Assembly: GCA_030390025.1 (NCBI GenBank)
Contig: CM059429.1
Span: 32,240,001-32,304,000, forward strand
Length of the DNA: 64,000 nucleotides
From: Squalus acanthias
Taxonomy: Eukaryota
Reading direction: 5' to 3'
In this document: piece after piece, positions 13,726 to 25,466 of the stretch
Position numbering within the stretch: position 1 is the first letter of the stretch
Layout of the letters: each line of letters starts with the position of its first letter
Translations under genes and position numbers: made by a program
Notes under the pieces: generated by a model
Told to the model about the DNA's origin: nothing
Databases searched by the model: none
Seen by the model: the letters and a program-made list of their open reading frames with translations, nothing else

Positions 13726-13938
13726 CGTGCTAGTAAGAGTACAGAGAACAGGATAGTTAGGCTAAATACGTGGCTTGAGCAGTGGTGTAAGAGGGAGGGT
13801 TTTAAATTTTTGAGGCATTGGAACCAGTTTTGTGGTAGGTGTGACCTATACAAAAGGGACGGTCTACACCTGTGCAAAGATGGAACTGATGTTCTCGGGG
13901 TAATTTTTGATAAAGCAGTTCGGGAGCATTTAAACTAG
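13726..13938 (+). pseudogene. CR1 ORF1 C-terminal remnant (SGNH/GDSL esterase-like)
   Basis: Manual translation RASKSTENRIVRLNTWLEQWCKREGFKFLRHWNQFCGRCDLYKRDGLHLCKDGTDVLGVIFDKAVREHLN*. DGLHL matches the DxxH block of SGNH hydrolases known in CR1 ORF1. Confidence 0.8.
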
Positions 13939-16900
13939 TATGGCAGGGGGCTAGAAACCTATGTAGTGAAATAGAGGAAAGTGAAAGGCAGACAGAAATA
14001 AATGGTAAAAGAGTGAGGAACAAAAAACAAAGGGCCAAACTAATTCATAAAAAATGTGAGCATAAAAAAAGCCTGAGGGTTTTATACCTTAATGCGAGAA
14101 GCATCAGGACCAAGGTAGATGAATTAGCTGTGGAAATAGAGGTTAATAATTATGATCTAATTGGGATTACGGAAACATGGTTGCAGGGTGAGCAGGGCTG
14201 GGAGCTTAACATACAGGGGTATTCAGTATTTAGGAAGGATCGACAAAAAAGAAAGGGAGGAGGGGTAGCATTGCTGGTAAAAGAAGGGATAAATGCAATT
14301 GAAAGGAAGGATATTAACTCAGTTAATACAGAATCTATATGGGTGGAGCTAAGAAATAGCGAGGGGCGAAAAACATTAATAGGAGTGGTATATAGGCCTC
14401 CAAATAGTAAAATAGAGGTTGGGGAGGGCATCACGAGGGAAATTAGAGAAGCGTGCAATAAGAGCACAGCTGTCATCATAGGTGACTTTAACTTACATAT
14501 AGATTGGAATAGCCTAATCAGTAAAAATAATGAGGAGGAGGAATTCCTTGAGTGTTTAAGGGATGGTTATCTGGATCAATATGTCGAGGAACCAACTTGG
14601 GAACAGGCTATATTGGACTGGGTACTGTGCAATGAGAAGGGACTAATTAGTAATCTTGTTGTACGGGGACCCTTGGGTCAGAGCGATCATAACATGATCG
14701 ATTTCTCACTCGAAATGGAGAGCGAAGAAATTGACTCAGATACTAAGGTCCTGAATTTAAACAAGGGGAATTATGATGCCATTAGACGGGAACTGAGTAG
14801 GTCTGATTGGACAACGTTCCTGGGAGGACTGGAGGTAGATAAACAATGGCAAGCATTTAAAGATAGAATGACAAAATTGCAAAAATTGTTTATACCAATC
14901 TGGCATAAAAGGAAATCTAAAAAGGTGACTCAACCGTGGATAACAGGGGAAATTAGAGACAGCATAAAATCCAAAGATAGGGCGTATAAAATAGCCAAAA
15001 AAAGCGCCAGAGCGGAAGATTGGGAACAGTTTAAGATAGAGCAAAGGAGGACAAAGGGCTTAATCAAGAGGGGCAAAATAGCTTACGAAAGCAAGCTGGC
15101 GGACAATATAAAAACTAACTCCAAAAGCTTTTATAAGTATATCAAGAGGAAAAGACTGGTGAAAACCAAAGTTGGCCCATTGCAGTCAGATACGGGGGAA
15201 TATATAACGGGAAATAAGGAAATGGCAGACCAACTAAATGCATACTTTGGGTCAGTCTTTACGAAGGAAGACACAAAAAACCTCCCTGGGATATCGGGAA
15301 AAATAGGGACATTTGCAAAGGAGGAACTGACGCAAGTCAATATCTCTAAGGATATGGTGTTAAGGAAGCTAAAGGGATTGAAGGCGGACAATTCCCCAGG
15401 GCCTGATAACATGCATCCTAGGGTGCTGAAGGAGGTGGCCCTAGAGATAGCGGATGCACTAAGTATGATTTTTCAGAATTCATTAGACTCGGGAACAGTG
15501 CCCATGGATTGGAGGGTAGCTAACGTTACCCCACTATTCAAAAAGGGGGGTAGGGAAAAAGCAGGTAATTACAGACCTGTAAGCCTTACATCAGTTGTGG
15601 GCAAAATGCTGGAGTCCATCATTAAGGATGAAATAGCGGAGCACTTAGCAAATGGGGACAGGATAGGACAGAGTCAACATGGATTTACAAAGGGTAAATC
15701 GTGCTTGACTAATCTATTGGAATTTTTTGAGGGAGTAACTGGTAAAATAGATGGGGGAGAGCCAGTAGATGTGGTGTACCTGGACTTCCAAAAGGCCTTC
15801 GATAAGGTCCCACATAAAAGATTAGCAGGGAAAATTGAAGCTCATGGGATAAAGGGGAAAGTATTGACGTGGATAGAGAACTGGCTGTCAGATAGAAAAC
15901 AGAGAGTTGGAATAAACGGCTCATTTTCTGAATGGCAGGCAGTAACAAGTGGGGTACCACAGGGATCTGTCCTGGGTCCCCAGCTGTTCACAATTTACAT
16001 TAATGACCTGGATCAGGGAGTCGGATGCAGCATTTCCAAATTTGCAGACGACACTAAACTAGGAGGGGGGGTGGGCTCAGAGGAGGAGACCAGGAAGCTC
16101 CAGAGCGATTTGGACAGACTGGGTGATTGGGCGGATAAATGGCAGATGCACTATAATGTGGACAAGTGCGAAGTTATCCACCTTGGGTGCAGGAACGGGA
16201 GGGCAAATTATTATTTAAATGGCAATAAATTGGGAGAGGGGGAAGTACAGAGAGACCTGGGTGTTCTTGTACACCAGTCACTGAAGGCGAGCATGCAGGT
16301 GCAACAGGCGGTCAAGAAGGCAAACGGTATGCTGGCCTTCATAGCAAAAGGGTTGGAATACAGGAACAGGGATACCTTGCTGCAGCTGTACAGGGCACTG
16401 GTGAGACCACACCTCGAGTACTGTGTACAGTTTTGGTCGCCTCATCTGAGGAAAGATGTTCTTGCCATGGAGGGGGTGCAGCGGCGATTCACCAGGCTGA
16501 TACCAGGAATGGCGGGATTGACCTATGAGGAGAGACTATGTAGTTTAGGGATGTACACACTGGAGTTTAGAAGATTGAGAGGGGACCTCATAGAAGTGTA
16601 TAAAATTCTGACAGGTCTAGACAGACTAGATGCAGAAGGAATGTTTCCCTTGGCGGGTGAGAACAGAACTAGAGGACATAATTTAAGGATAAGGGCTAAA
16701 CCATTTAGGACAGAAATGAGGGGGAATTTCTTCACTCAGAGGGTGGTGAACCTGTGGAACTCATTGCCACAGAGGGCAGTGTACGCCAGCTCATTAAATA
16801 TATTTAAGAGGGAATTAGATGTATTTCTACAGGCAAAAGGGGTTAAGGGTTACGGAGAGAAGGCGGGGACGGGATACTGAATTGGAGGATCAGCCATGAT

Positions 16901-16979
16901 CTCATTAAATGGCGGAGCAGGCTCGAAGGGCCGGATGGCCTACTCCTGCTCCTATCTTCTATGTATCTATGTATCTATG
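13727..16979 (+). mobile_element. Young CR1 LINE, truncated within ORF1, intact ORF2
   Basis: ORF1 C-terminal remnant, uninterrupted ORF2, 3' UTR hairpin, (CTATGTAT)x3 tail, probable TSD tatac (13722-13726 / 16980-16984). Confidence 0.95.
14013..16880 (+). CDS. CR1 ORF2: APE endonuclease plus reverse transcriptase (frame open from 13914; true start uncertain)
   Basis: EN motifs YLNARS, ITETW, GDFN, SDHN; RT motifs [30 protein letters not shown]; no stops over 955 codons. Confidence 0.93.
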   Translation: MRNKKQRAKLIHKKCEHKKSLRVLYLNARSIRTKVDELAVEIEVNNYDLIGITETWLQGEQGWELNIQGYSVFRKDRQKRKGGGVALLVKEGINAIERKDINSVNTESIWVELRNSEGRKTLIGVVYRPPNSKIEVGEGITREIREACNKSTAVIIGDFNLHIDWNSLISKNNEEEEFLECLRDGYLDQYVEEPTWEQAILDWVLCNEKGLISNLVVRGPLGQSDHNMIDFSLEMESEEIDSDTKVLNLNKGNYDAIRRELSRSDWTTFLGGLEVDKQWQAFKDRMTKLQKLFIPIWHKRKSKKVTQPWITGEIRDSIKSKDRAYKIAKKSARAEDWEQFKIEQRRTKGLIKRGKIAYESKLADNIKTNSKSFYKYIKRKRLVKTKVGPLQSDTGEYITGNKEMADQLNAYFGSVFTKEDTKNLPGISGKIGTFAKEELTQVNISKDMVLRKLKGLKADNSPGPDNMHPRVLKEVALEIADALSMIFQNSLDSGTVPMDWRVANVTPLFKKGGREKAGNYRPVSLTSVVGKMLESIIKDEIAEHLANGDRIGQSQHGFTKGKSCLTNLLEFFEGVTGKIDGGEPVDVVYLDFQKAFDKVPHKRLAGKIEAHGIKGKVLTWIENWLSDRKQRVGINGSFSEWQAVTSGVPQGSVLGPQLFTIYINDLDQGVGCSISKFADDTKLGGGVGSEEETRKLQSDLDRLGDWADKWQMHYNVDKCEVIHLGCRNGRANYYLNGNKLGEGEVQRDLGVLVHQSLKASMQVQQAVKKANGMLAFIAKGLEYRNRDTLLQLYRALVRPHLEYCVQFWSPHLRKDVLAMEGVQRRFTRLIPGMAGLTYEERLCSLGMYTLEFRRLRGDLIEVYKILTGLDRLDAEGMFPLAGENRTRGHNLRIRAKPFRTEMRGNFFTQRVVNLWNSLPQRAVYASSLNIFKRELDVFLQAKGVKGYGEKAGTGY

Positions 16980-18789
16980 TATACTTGTATTTTTCCATAA
17001 AGGCTCATTGACGTGCCAAAACTATTTTATTCACTCTTTCTTATTTGCGTGATTATTCATTGTATCCAAAAATTCTGAAATACTGTTTTTTGTAAAGAAA
17101 ATTAAACAACTTTCCTTGGGGGAAAATAAACCTGTTCAGTACAAGGCAATGCTGTCTGTTGCAATGTAAAAGGATCAAGTTATTTGATCAATCGCACATA
17201 TGTATTCATACATGGGATTCATTTAGTCAGAGCTTTGCATAAATATTTTTGATGGTGTACAGGACTCAGCAGGAACAGTAACTGTGAATGTGTACAACCT
17301 AAGCCATATATGAGTTTCAGCTTGTTTGGTACCTGCTTTACATTTAGAAGGGAACACTAAAAAATAGTGGAAGAGATAAGAGGCGTATAGTTTGTCAGGT
17401 GTTTCACTATTCACCATATTTTTATCAACACAAACATACTGGAACACAGATGTGATCTGTCTACGGAAGCACTACAATTTCAGTATCAGAAATGAAACTG
17501 ACTTTCTGCCTTTGGGAATTAGCATTGATGACTCTGGTATAACACAAATACTTGGATATCTGGAAAAAGGTTTTTTTTTCCTTTTTGCAGCAGTCTTCTG
17601 ATTGGTTCACGATGTTCTCCTGGACAAACAGCTAGACAGTGATCAGAAAATGCTCTTGAAAATTGCAAGAGATGACTCAACCCACCCATTCACCAAGCTG
17701 CCTATTTGATATTTTTAGTACTAACAACACCCACTGGTGATGCAAAGAGTGCTTGAAAGCATTGAATGACCAGTGTAGTAAAGGTTACTTAATTTAAGCT
17801 TTACTGAGGAATTAATGCAGAGAGAGCTCATCGGTGTTGCTGACTAGCATTGCATGCAATGTATTAAATATATGATGTTCCAACTGCAAAGATACTCACT
17901 CTAATGAATAACATTAATCCATAAAATTGAAAAATAAGTTGAAAAATCAAAATTTGATATTGATGTTTTGTGTGAGCTTGGTGTAGTAGTCATTGCATTA
18001 GTTTAATGTCCTGATTCTATTGCACATTACGGACTGAAGAACATAGATTGATTATAACCATCATGAACTGTTCCTGCTTCTTGGCGACCCTTGCTGGTGT
18101 CATTCTGGTTTGGCTTCTAGGTTGTGTATCCATAATGCATCACATAATGATGGGTTAGTGTATTACATTAACATGCTGTTACATTATGAGATGATCCATG
18201 TATGCTCCCCAAAATAATTGTGAAAATATTTTGTAAAGCCAGTTCAACTGTCCAAAGTACATATTTCACTTCTGGGACAGCCAGAACAGAACTGGAAACA
18301 TTCCTCTTTTTGGGCTGCAGAAGCTAATTTAACCTTAATGATGCAGCACCATTTTGTTGAGTAAAAGTAACTTCACAATGTCTAGTAACTTAAAGTGCCT
18401 CATCGTTTACCTACTTTATTGATTTCAGTAGGTTACTGATCACAATTGAATGGTGACATGAACAGAAAAAAAATCAAAAAGGTATAAAATTAAAGTTCTC
18501 ATTTGATTTTTCCTATGTTTGAGATAGATTTTAGTAAACAGCAATAAGACTTAACCTATAATGTATACATACGAAAAAGCAGCTCAATATATTCCATCAT
18601 TCATCTCTTTTATTTATTTGCATGTTCATTATTTTGCATTTATAACAAGAAAACAAAGAAAGAAGAGAGAATTTATAACACAAATTTATTACCAAATTCA
18701 TGCTGATAGCATGACCAAATCATACATTGGCACCTCTAGTCTGTTATCATCCAATTGGACATGTACTTGAAGAGGACTCATTTTCAGGG

Positions 18790-20720
18790 TTATGGGGAAT
18801 GGGGCGGTAGTTTGCATGGATGGAGTTGTTGAAGGTTGTTTTTTTGAGGAGAGAATTGAAGGAGAGGGGGACAGTACCTGAGGAGAGAGAACCGTTAACA
18901 ATGTCAGCTAACATGGGAGCCAGAAAAGGAAGTTGGGTGGTCAGCAGTTTAGTGGGAATAGGGTCGAGGGAGCAGAAAGTGGGTCTCATGGACAAGATGA
19001 GCGTGGAGAGGTCAAGAGGGGAGACCGGAGAGAAACCGGAGAAAGATGAAAGTTCAGGGTTAGGGCAGGGGGGAGCCTGAGAGGAAGTTTGGCCTGGTGG
19101 GCTAGGGGAAGGAAGGGAAGAGGCAGCGGGAGCTGATCAGATGGTCTCAATCTTAGAGACAAAGATGTCCATGAGCTCCTCGCACTTGTTGTTGGAGGTG
19201 AGGGTGGAGGAGACAGGGGAAAGGGATTTAAGAAAAAGGTTAGCAGTAGAGAATAGTAGTCAGAGGTTATCTTTGCATTCCAGGATAATCCTGGATTAGT
19301 GAGCAGTTTTGGCAGACAAGAGTAGGACCCGATAATGCGGTGAATGGCTAAACCAGTTATCCGCCATATCCGTTCAAGTCTGCGTCCCTTGTACTTGAGG
19401 GAGCAAAGATGAGGGCTGTACCAGGGGGAACAGCCAGGGTGAGAGAGAGTAATGGTTTTAATAGGGACTATGGCATCAAAGGTGGTGGTGAGGGTGTGGT
19501 TGAGCAGATCGGTAGCTGCAGAAATGTCGTGGTGAATGGAAGGCCAAAGGCTGGACAGTTGAGATTTCGTAAGTGCAGTTGTAAGAGAGTTGGGAAGAGA
19601 GATTTTTCCAGGGGTGGACACAGAAGGAAGTAGGGTTGGGTGGGGAAGGAGGATGTGGGTGGAGAGCGATACAAGGAAGTAGTCAGAGATGGCCTTATCT
19701 GTGATTGACATGGTGGGGGTAGCGAGGCCACATGAGATGGCAAGATCAAGGGAGTGGCCGTGAATATGGGTTGGGGAATTTACATGGAGGGAGGATAGGA
19801 GGCTAGTGAACTCAGAGGAGAGAGAGCATGATGAATTGAGATGGAGGTTCCAATCACTGAGGATGATAAGTCGCTCAGTGCAGAGGCTGAGGGAGGAAAG
19901 CAGTGAAGATATTTTGGTGATAAAATTTTTAGCGTACTTGGGTGGGCGGCAGAGTACGAGAATTTTAAATGGGAGGTGAGAGGGGTGGAACAAGGTGAGA
20001 TGCTCAAAGGAGGAGAAAATGCCAGAGGATTAGGGGGACAGACCAAGGTGTGATTTGGTGATGAGCCACACCGCCACCATGGCGGTCTGGGCGGAGCAAG
20101 TGGTGGAAGGTATAGCCAGACGGGGAGGCTTCATTTAAGGGTAAGGTGTCATCACCCCTCAGCCAAGTTTCCGTCAGGGCCATGATGTTGATGCAATCAT
20201 CGGGGATAAGCTCATGGATGGTAAGGGCCTTGTTCGCAAGTGAACGGACATTCTAGAGGGAGCTGCAGAGAGGATCGGTGATGACTGATCCAGTGCCAGC
20301 CTCCACAGGGTCAGCACTGGGAGGGGTGAGTTGGACGGGGAGGAGATTGTCAAGGTTAGCCCCCCATGGGCGGGAAGGTCGGTGAGAAAGTAGGATAGGA
20401 CAGTTGGGGTTGCTACTCGTGAGGAGACAGTGACGAGTGTCTCGGTGGGCTCTTCGGAGGATGCCAAGAGAGGCACAGAGGGAAGCTGTAGGCCTATCTA
20501 AGAGGGAGTCAAGCCTGGGACGGCAGCAGGAGAGTAGGAAGGTCAAAGAGTAATGAAGGATTGGGGTAGGGATTTGGGAGGGCAGAGTATCCGAGAGAGG
20601 AGAGATGAAAGGCGGCATGGCAACAGGAGAGGGATAGAAAAGAAAAAGGGGGAGAAAGAAGTGAAAATAGAAGTGTACGGCTCGGGTCCAGAACGGCAGC
20701 CAAAATGCACACGCAAATGG
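18790..20720 (-). mobile_element. L2 LINE, degraded endonuclease and N-terminal RT region
   Basis: Minus-strand peptides LCRPPK, ILSDWNLHLN, PTHIHGHSLDLAIS, LDPIPTKLL and ANYRPI across frameshifts; strong purine skew on + strand. Confidence 0.85.
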
Positions 20721-20869
20721 ACACTGGAAAACTCAAGTTACACAGGCCTGGTTATGTAGCAATTTTAGGGATGCAGAAGAGGATGATCCATTAACTACAC
20801 CACAGATGGAACAATTTGAGAGCAAAACTAAATAATGATGAGTATAGCTTTAGTGAGAACTTGTGTCAA

Positions 20870-22130
20870 AGTGTTCAAGAGCACAGTTCTAGACATGCAT
20901 AATGTAGGCATACAAGATCACCAGTGAAATGAACATACTGAAAACCACACTCGTCATCATTGGTTAGTCCAGAACTTTCAAGATGATGGATAATTTGGGA
21001 ATTAATAGCAGCTTCTATAACTTTAGAATGTACTAATGTAAGGATAATGTGACAGTAGTTTTGAAGAGTAAGAGTTAGTACCTTTCTGAGGGATTGGGTA
21101 AATATGAACAAATTTCCAAGGAAAAGAAAAACTGATTGAGAAAATGGCATAAGATGGGGATAAATTTGAAGACACACATCTTGAGGGTCATGGGAAGGAT
21201 GCTGTCAGGACCATAGCTCTTATTGGAGTCCAGAGAGTAGACATTCTGACAGACCTGCCAGAGATAAAACTTGATGTTGTTCATAACAGAATGGAATATT
21301 GGAGGGAGGTTTTTTGGCAAGATATCACAATTTGAGTTGAAAGATAAAAGTGAGCCAAAAAGGACAGCTTTATCTGTAGCAGAGCTAGCAACTGCACCTT
21401 CGGTATAGAAGAGGATGGGAAGGAGGATTCACAGAAGTTACAAGAATTAGCTTTGGCAAGGAACCAGATGAAGCAGCTGCTGAGAGACAGGAAGATAATA
21501 GTGGATGCTTCTTTTCCATTTAGGAGCTTTAATCAAGGATTTACAGAAGTTGCAAGTAAACATAAAATTGGCCCAGAATGCTTTGGATTGATCAAGATGC
21601 CAAGTACAATATGCATTTTTATGAGACATAGCAGAGCAGCAAATATGATTGAACCAAGATACAGTACCAGATCCGACAGAAAAGGAAGAGTGGAGTATGA
21701 AACCTTGTGTGCCAGCTAAAATAATATAATTTACTTCACTGGCACAAATAGCAGGGTCAAGAGAGTAAAGGTAGAAGTTTGACCAAGGTGGAGCAACAAA
21801 GAATTCTTGAAGACCATCCCAGTCACCTGAATTATAGTGCCAAATAATGTTGGACTGGATCATAGATTGTGATTTGTTCCAGAGAATTCTGCAGGAGACA
21901 GCTATGAGACATTGGTCAAGAGGCCAGTGGTGAGGAGACAGATACAGTGTAAGAATTAGGATTGGAAGTGAGGAAAATAGCTAGCAGATTATTTGAGTTA
22001 GTGAGCTAATCAGAGATATGGGATAAGCTGATGGACGAATTGCTCAAGATCATCAGGGCAGTAAAAGTCTCAGTACAAGAGAAGTGGACCAATTACTGAT
22101 GATGAGTTCAGAAGAGGTGGATTCAAATTT
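20870..22130 (-). mobile_element. Highly degraded non-LTR retrotransposon, CR1-Zenon-like
   Basis: Peptides IWHYNSGDWDGLQEFFVAPPW, LDSNKSYGPDSILPMTLKMC and QNYCHIILTLVHSKVIEAAINSQIIHHLESSGLTNDDECGF resemble the linker and RT domains 0-2. Family assignment is from memory. Confidence 0.7.
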
Positions 22131-22919
22131 GCTTGCCAAAAAAGCTGAAACGTGCTTGAGATTTAGCAAGGTTCAGAGAGTGATAGGCATAGCAGATTAA
22201 TTTAATATGATAAAGGAGAGAGAAATAATGCACAAGAAAGTATGAAACGATGAAAGACCATTTGGCCTATCAAGCCTTTTCCTTCCAGAGACCATGTTGT
22301 ATCATGTGTCTATTAATTGTCCTGAGAAAAGGTCCTGCAAGGTTTCTGCCTTCTCCAGTTCCAAGAATATCTATCGAAGCTTACATCCCAGTGTATTCAT
22401 TCTTGACAAGTTAGCTTCCTTGGCATGTCTTTTCCACAGTATCAGCAACTCAGGAACCATCATGTTCTACACAGCAGTTGATCACCTTTGCTGATAATTA
22501 TATTTATAACTCTTAAACCCATGCCTCGCCAGGACAAAAGAATGGGCGCACTATTAAATACAAAGGAATAAAAAAACATATGGGCGCTGTAGTCAATACA
22601 AAAAAATCTTGAAAAAACACATAGGTTCAGTGAAAACTATGAATGAAATGGGGAAAAGCAGATGGGTGCTGTGACAGGCGGAGCTGCTTCTCCAACACTG
22701 GATGTCATAAGTCAAAGGTCAAATCTCAGGAGTGTTGGAAAAGTCAATCTGAAACACGAGGAAAATTGTATTAAAACCTTGCGTTTACAAAAAATTCAAT
22801 TTACCATTCAATTCTGATATCAATCTTCTTGTCTTCTGTACCTAACGGCACATCAGGCAACCCATTTATTCCACTGCTTTACATCCAAATTGTGCTCTGG
22901 GTTGTTTCCGTAACAGAGT

Positions 22920-23155
22920 CCCTTTTTTATGTGGATAGGCTGTAAGCCTGACTCACAACTCCCTACCAGGAGAACTGGCTAGATGTGATGGGGGGTCTCT
23001 ACTCCACTCTCATCAGACATGAGTACCCTGCTGGATGTTAACCCAGTAATCAGAGGCCAAGAATCTCATCTCTCCTTACCGGGATTGGCTTGAATAGGTA
23101 TCGAACCCTTAACCGTCTGACTCAGAGGTGGGAATTCTACTACTGAACCAATGCT
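22920..23155 (-). mobile_element. tRNA-derived SINE remnant
   Basis: Reverse complement reads tggttcagtagtag (A-box-like) ... ggttcgatacc (B box, 23097-23107). Confidence 0.5.
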
Positions 23156-23697
23156 CATCCCTCTGATATCAATAACCTACTAAAAACAATACTTGCATTT
23201 ATATAACACCTTATCACGAACTTGTGACGTCCTAAAGTGCTTTATATCCAATGAATTACAGAAGTAGATTATTTTAAATGATTGTTGATACACTTTAAGC
23301 TCTGGTGCACAGCTTGTAGATTCATGCACATTTTTATGAATCTGGTTGGGGTGGGGGTGATTTCTGTACTTACGATCAAAAGTTAAAGGTTGCATTTTGG
23401 CAACATTGTGGACAGTACAATGTTTACAATTGCATTCTCTTTTTCTCTACCAGTTGAAACTCCTTTAGTTCAGAAACGTGATCTGGATAGCGCATTCTGG
23501 ATAGGTCAAAGTTCAGTTCTTAAGTTTTCCTGTGATCTGGGCAACACCAAGAAACACAGTATTTTAAAACTGGCTGAATTCCAACGTACATCTAATGAAT
23601 TGTATGATGGCTGTTGCTGTGTACCAAATGAATGTGCCACAAAGGTCAGCATACTACAACCATTAATGTCCTAGTTAAGTAACGTTCAATCATTTGT

Positions 23698-23833
23698 ACC
23701 ATGTGGGAGTACCATCACCACAAAGACAGCAGCGGTTCAGGAAGAAGACCCACCACCACCTCAGAGCAACTAGGGATGATCAATAAATGCAGTCTTGCCA
23801 GCGTCACCTACATCCCAAGAAATAAACAAAAAC
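23698..23833 (+). mobile_element. CR1-clade LINE 3' end remnant
   Basis: gcagcggttcaggaagaagacccaccaccacctc...caactagggatg matches the reverse complement of 56400-56490. Confidence 0.6.
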
Positions 23834-24242
23834 ATTGGTTGCAATTTGATTTAGATTATGTCACTGCTGTTACTTTGTCACAACAACATAGTAACTTCTG
23901 TGCCATGGCCAGGAAGTTGCAGCAGAAATTGCAGCGAATGCATACACAATGGATTTCTATTATAATCACATTGGGATCGTCAACCAAAAAAATGATCAGG
24001 GAAAAAGTGACAGCAATACTTTTTTTGTTCCAATATGACTTTTTTCGGTGACGCATCCAGGTTGAGCAATTTTGTAACACAGCTACCAAAAGATAAATCA
24101 ATTGCCCTTTGCAGTGAGTACTGTTGCAGTTTTATAGAGATTCCGATTGTGTTGCCATTACAGGGTACTGTTACTATTTGCATCAAATTGAATAGAAAGA
24201 AAGTAGTACATTTATGTGAAGGCAGCAGATGAAAATTATAAT

Positions 24243-25002
24243 GGCCCGGATATTACGGGGCCTATGGCGATGTACGCACAGTGTACGCCGTCGTAAGTGC
24301 CCTGCAAGTCCTGGGTTTCCGCGTGCAATGTGCATGCGCGAAAACCCGGAACTTACGATTTTTCAAGTTTCTCCTTGACAGATCGTACCCATCTGCTGGA
24401 AATTCACTTTTGCTGGTGCAGAGTTGGGCTATTTGCCCAACTACTGCCCAGCGAATACCCACCAAACCCTTATGCCTGGTAAAAGCAGGCGTAAGGCCTT
24501 CTTTTACCAGCGTAAGGGTTTAAATAAATGTTAAAATATTTTTTTTTAAATGATTTAAACATTCACTTACATTTAAAATTAGTTTAGGACAATTTTGTCC
24601 CGGTTAAAAATGTTTAAATTTATTTTTCAAAAAAATAAATTTTTATTTTAAATGTTTATTAAATGGTATTTTAATTAATTTTGAACCTGTGATGATTTAT
24701 TTTTATTTCAGTGTTGTGAAATTGTATTTTTTAGGTGATTTTTATTATGCTTATGGGGATTCTGTACGTAAATGGAATCCCCACAAGCATCATAGGAATC
24801 CCCCTTTGTCATTGGTTGGCCTGGCCCACGGGATCCCAGGGACGCTTGCGAACCACATGCGCCCCTGGGATTCATGGGCCTTTACGCAGGCGTACGCCTG
24901 CAGGCCCAGGACCGCAAGAGTCCGAAGCTCCAGAGGCAGCAGGTAAGTGTGTACTTCTCTTGTGGTTCAGAGGCAGCAAGCCTCCGACTGTAATTTCCAG
25001 GC
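24243..25002. mobile_element. MITE with 3-bp TSD
   Basis: TIR-like ends ggcccggatattacg / ctgtaatttccaggc, AAT on both flanks, CpG-rich arms and AT-rich centre. Confidence 0.65.
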
Positions 25003-25136
25003 AATATTTTTTAAAATACAAGGCTACCATATTGTTTAAAATAAATGCATCCAGCTACTCCATTGGTTCAATAAATAAATGCACCACCTAGAAGGCCCTG
25101 GTTCAAAACCCAGTATAGGAAGGCTGTTAGCAGAAA

Positions 25137-25355
25137 AGAAAAAGAAAGACTTACATTTATATAGCGCCTTTCATGACCACCAGACGTCTCAAAGCACTTT
25201 ACAGCCAGTACTTTTTTTTTGGAGTGTAGTCACTGTTGTAATGTGGGAAACACGACAGCCAATTTGCGCACAGCAAGCTCCCACAAACAGCAATGTGATA
25301 ATGACCAGATAATCTGTTCTTGTTATGTTGATTGAGGGATAAATATTGGCCAGGG
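25137..25355 (-). mobile_element. Deu-domain SINE 3' half
   Basis: Reverse complement of ~675-890 (gagggataaatattggccagg; aaagaaagacttacatttatatagcgcctttcatgacc). Confidence 0.75.
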
Positions 25356-25466
25356 CAGCAGCTGTACAATTATACCCTGGTACAAATCAGTTGTCTTCGG
25401 GAGAGTATGGGAAGAAGAGGAGAGACATAATTAGATTTTTTTTTAATGGATGTCTTGAAAAATGTT

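Noticed and set aside
14013-16880. Host gene or prokaryotic RT system (retron, DGR, group II intron)
   Set aside because: The APE-RT layout, ORF1 esterase remnant, 3' hairpin and microsatellite tail, and paralogous decayed copies identify a CR1 LINE.
22520-22690. Three spaced atggg(c/t)gc motifs in A-rich sequence
   Set aside because: Too short and irregular to define a repeat or array.
23095-23150. tRNA gene (also 26205-26265)
   Set aside because: Only degenerate A/B boxes without a complete cloverleaf; better explained as SINE heads.
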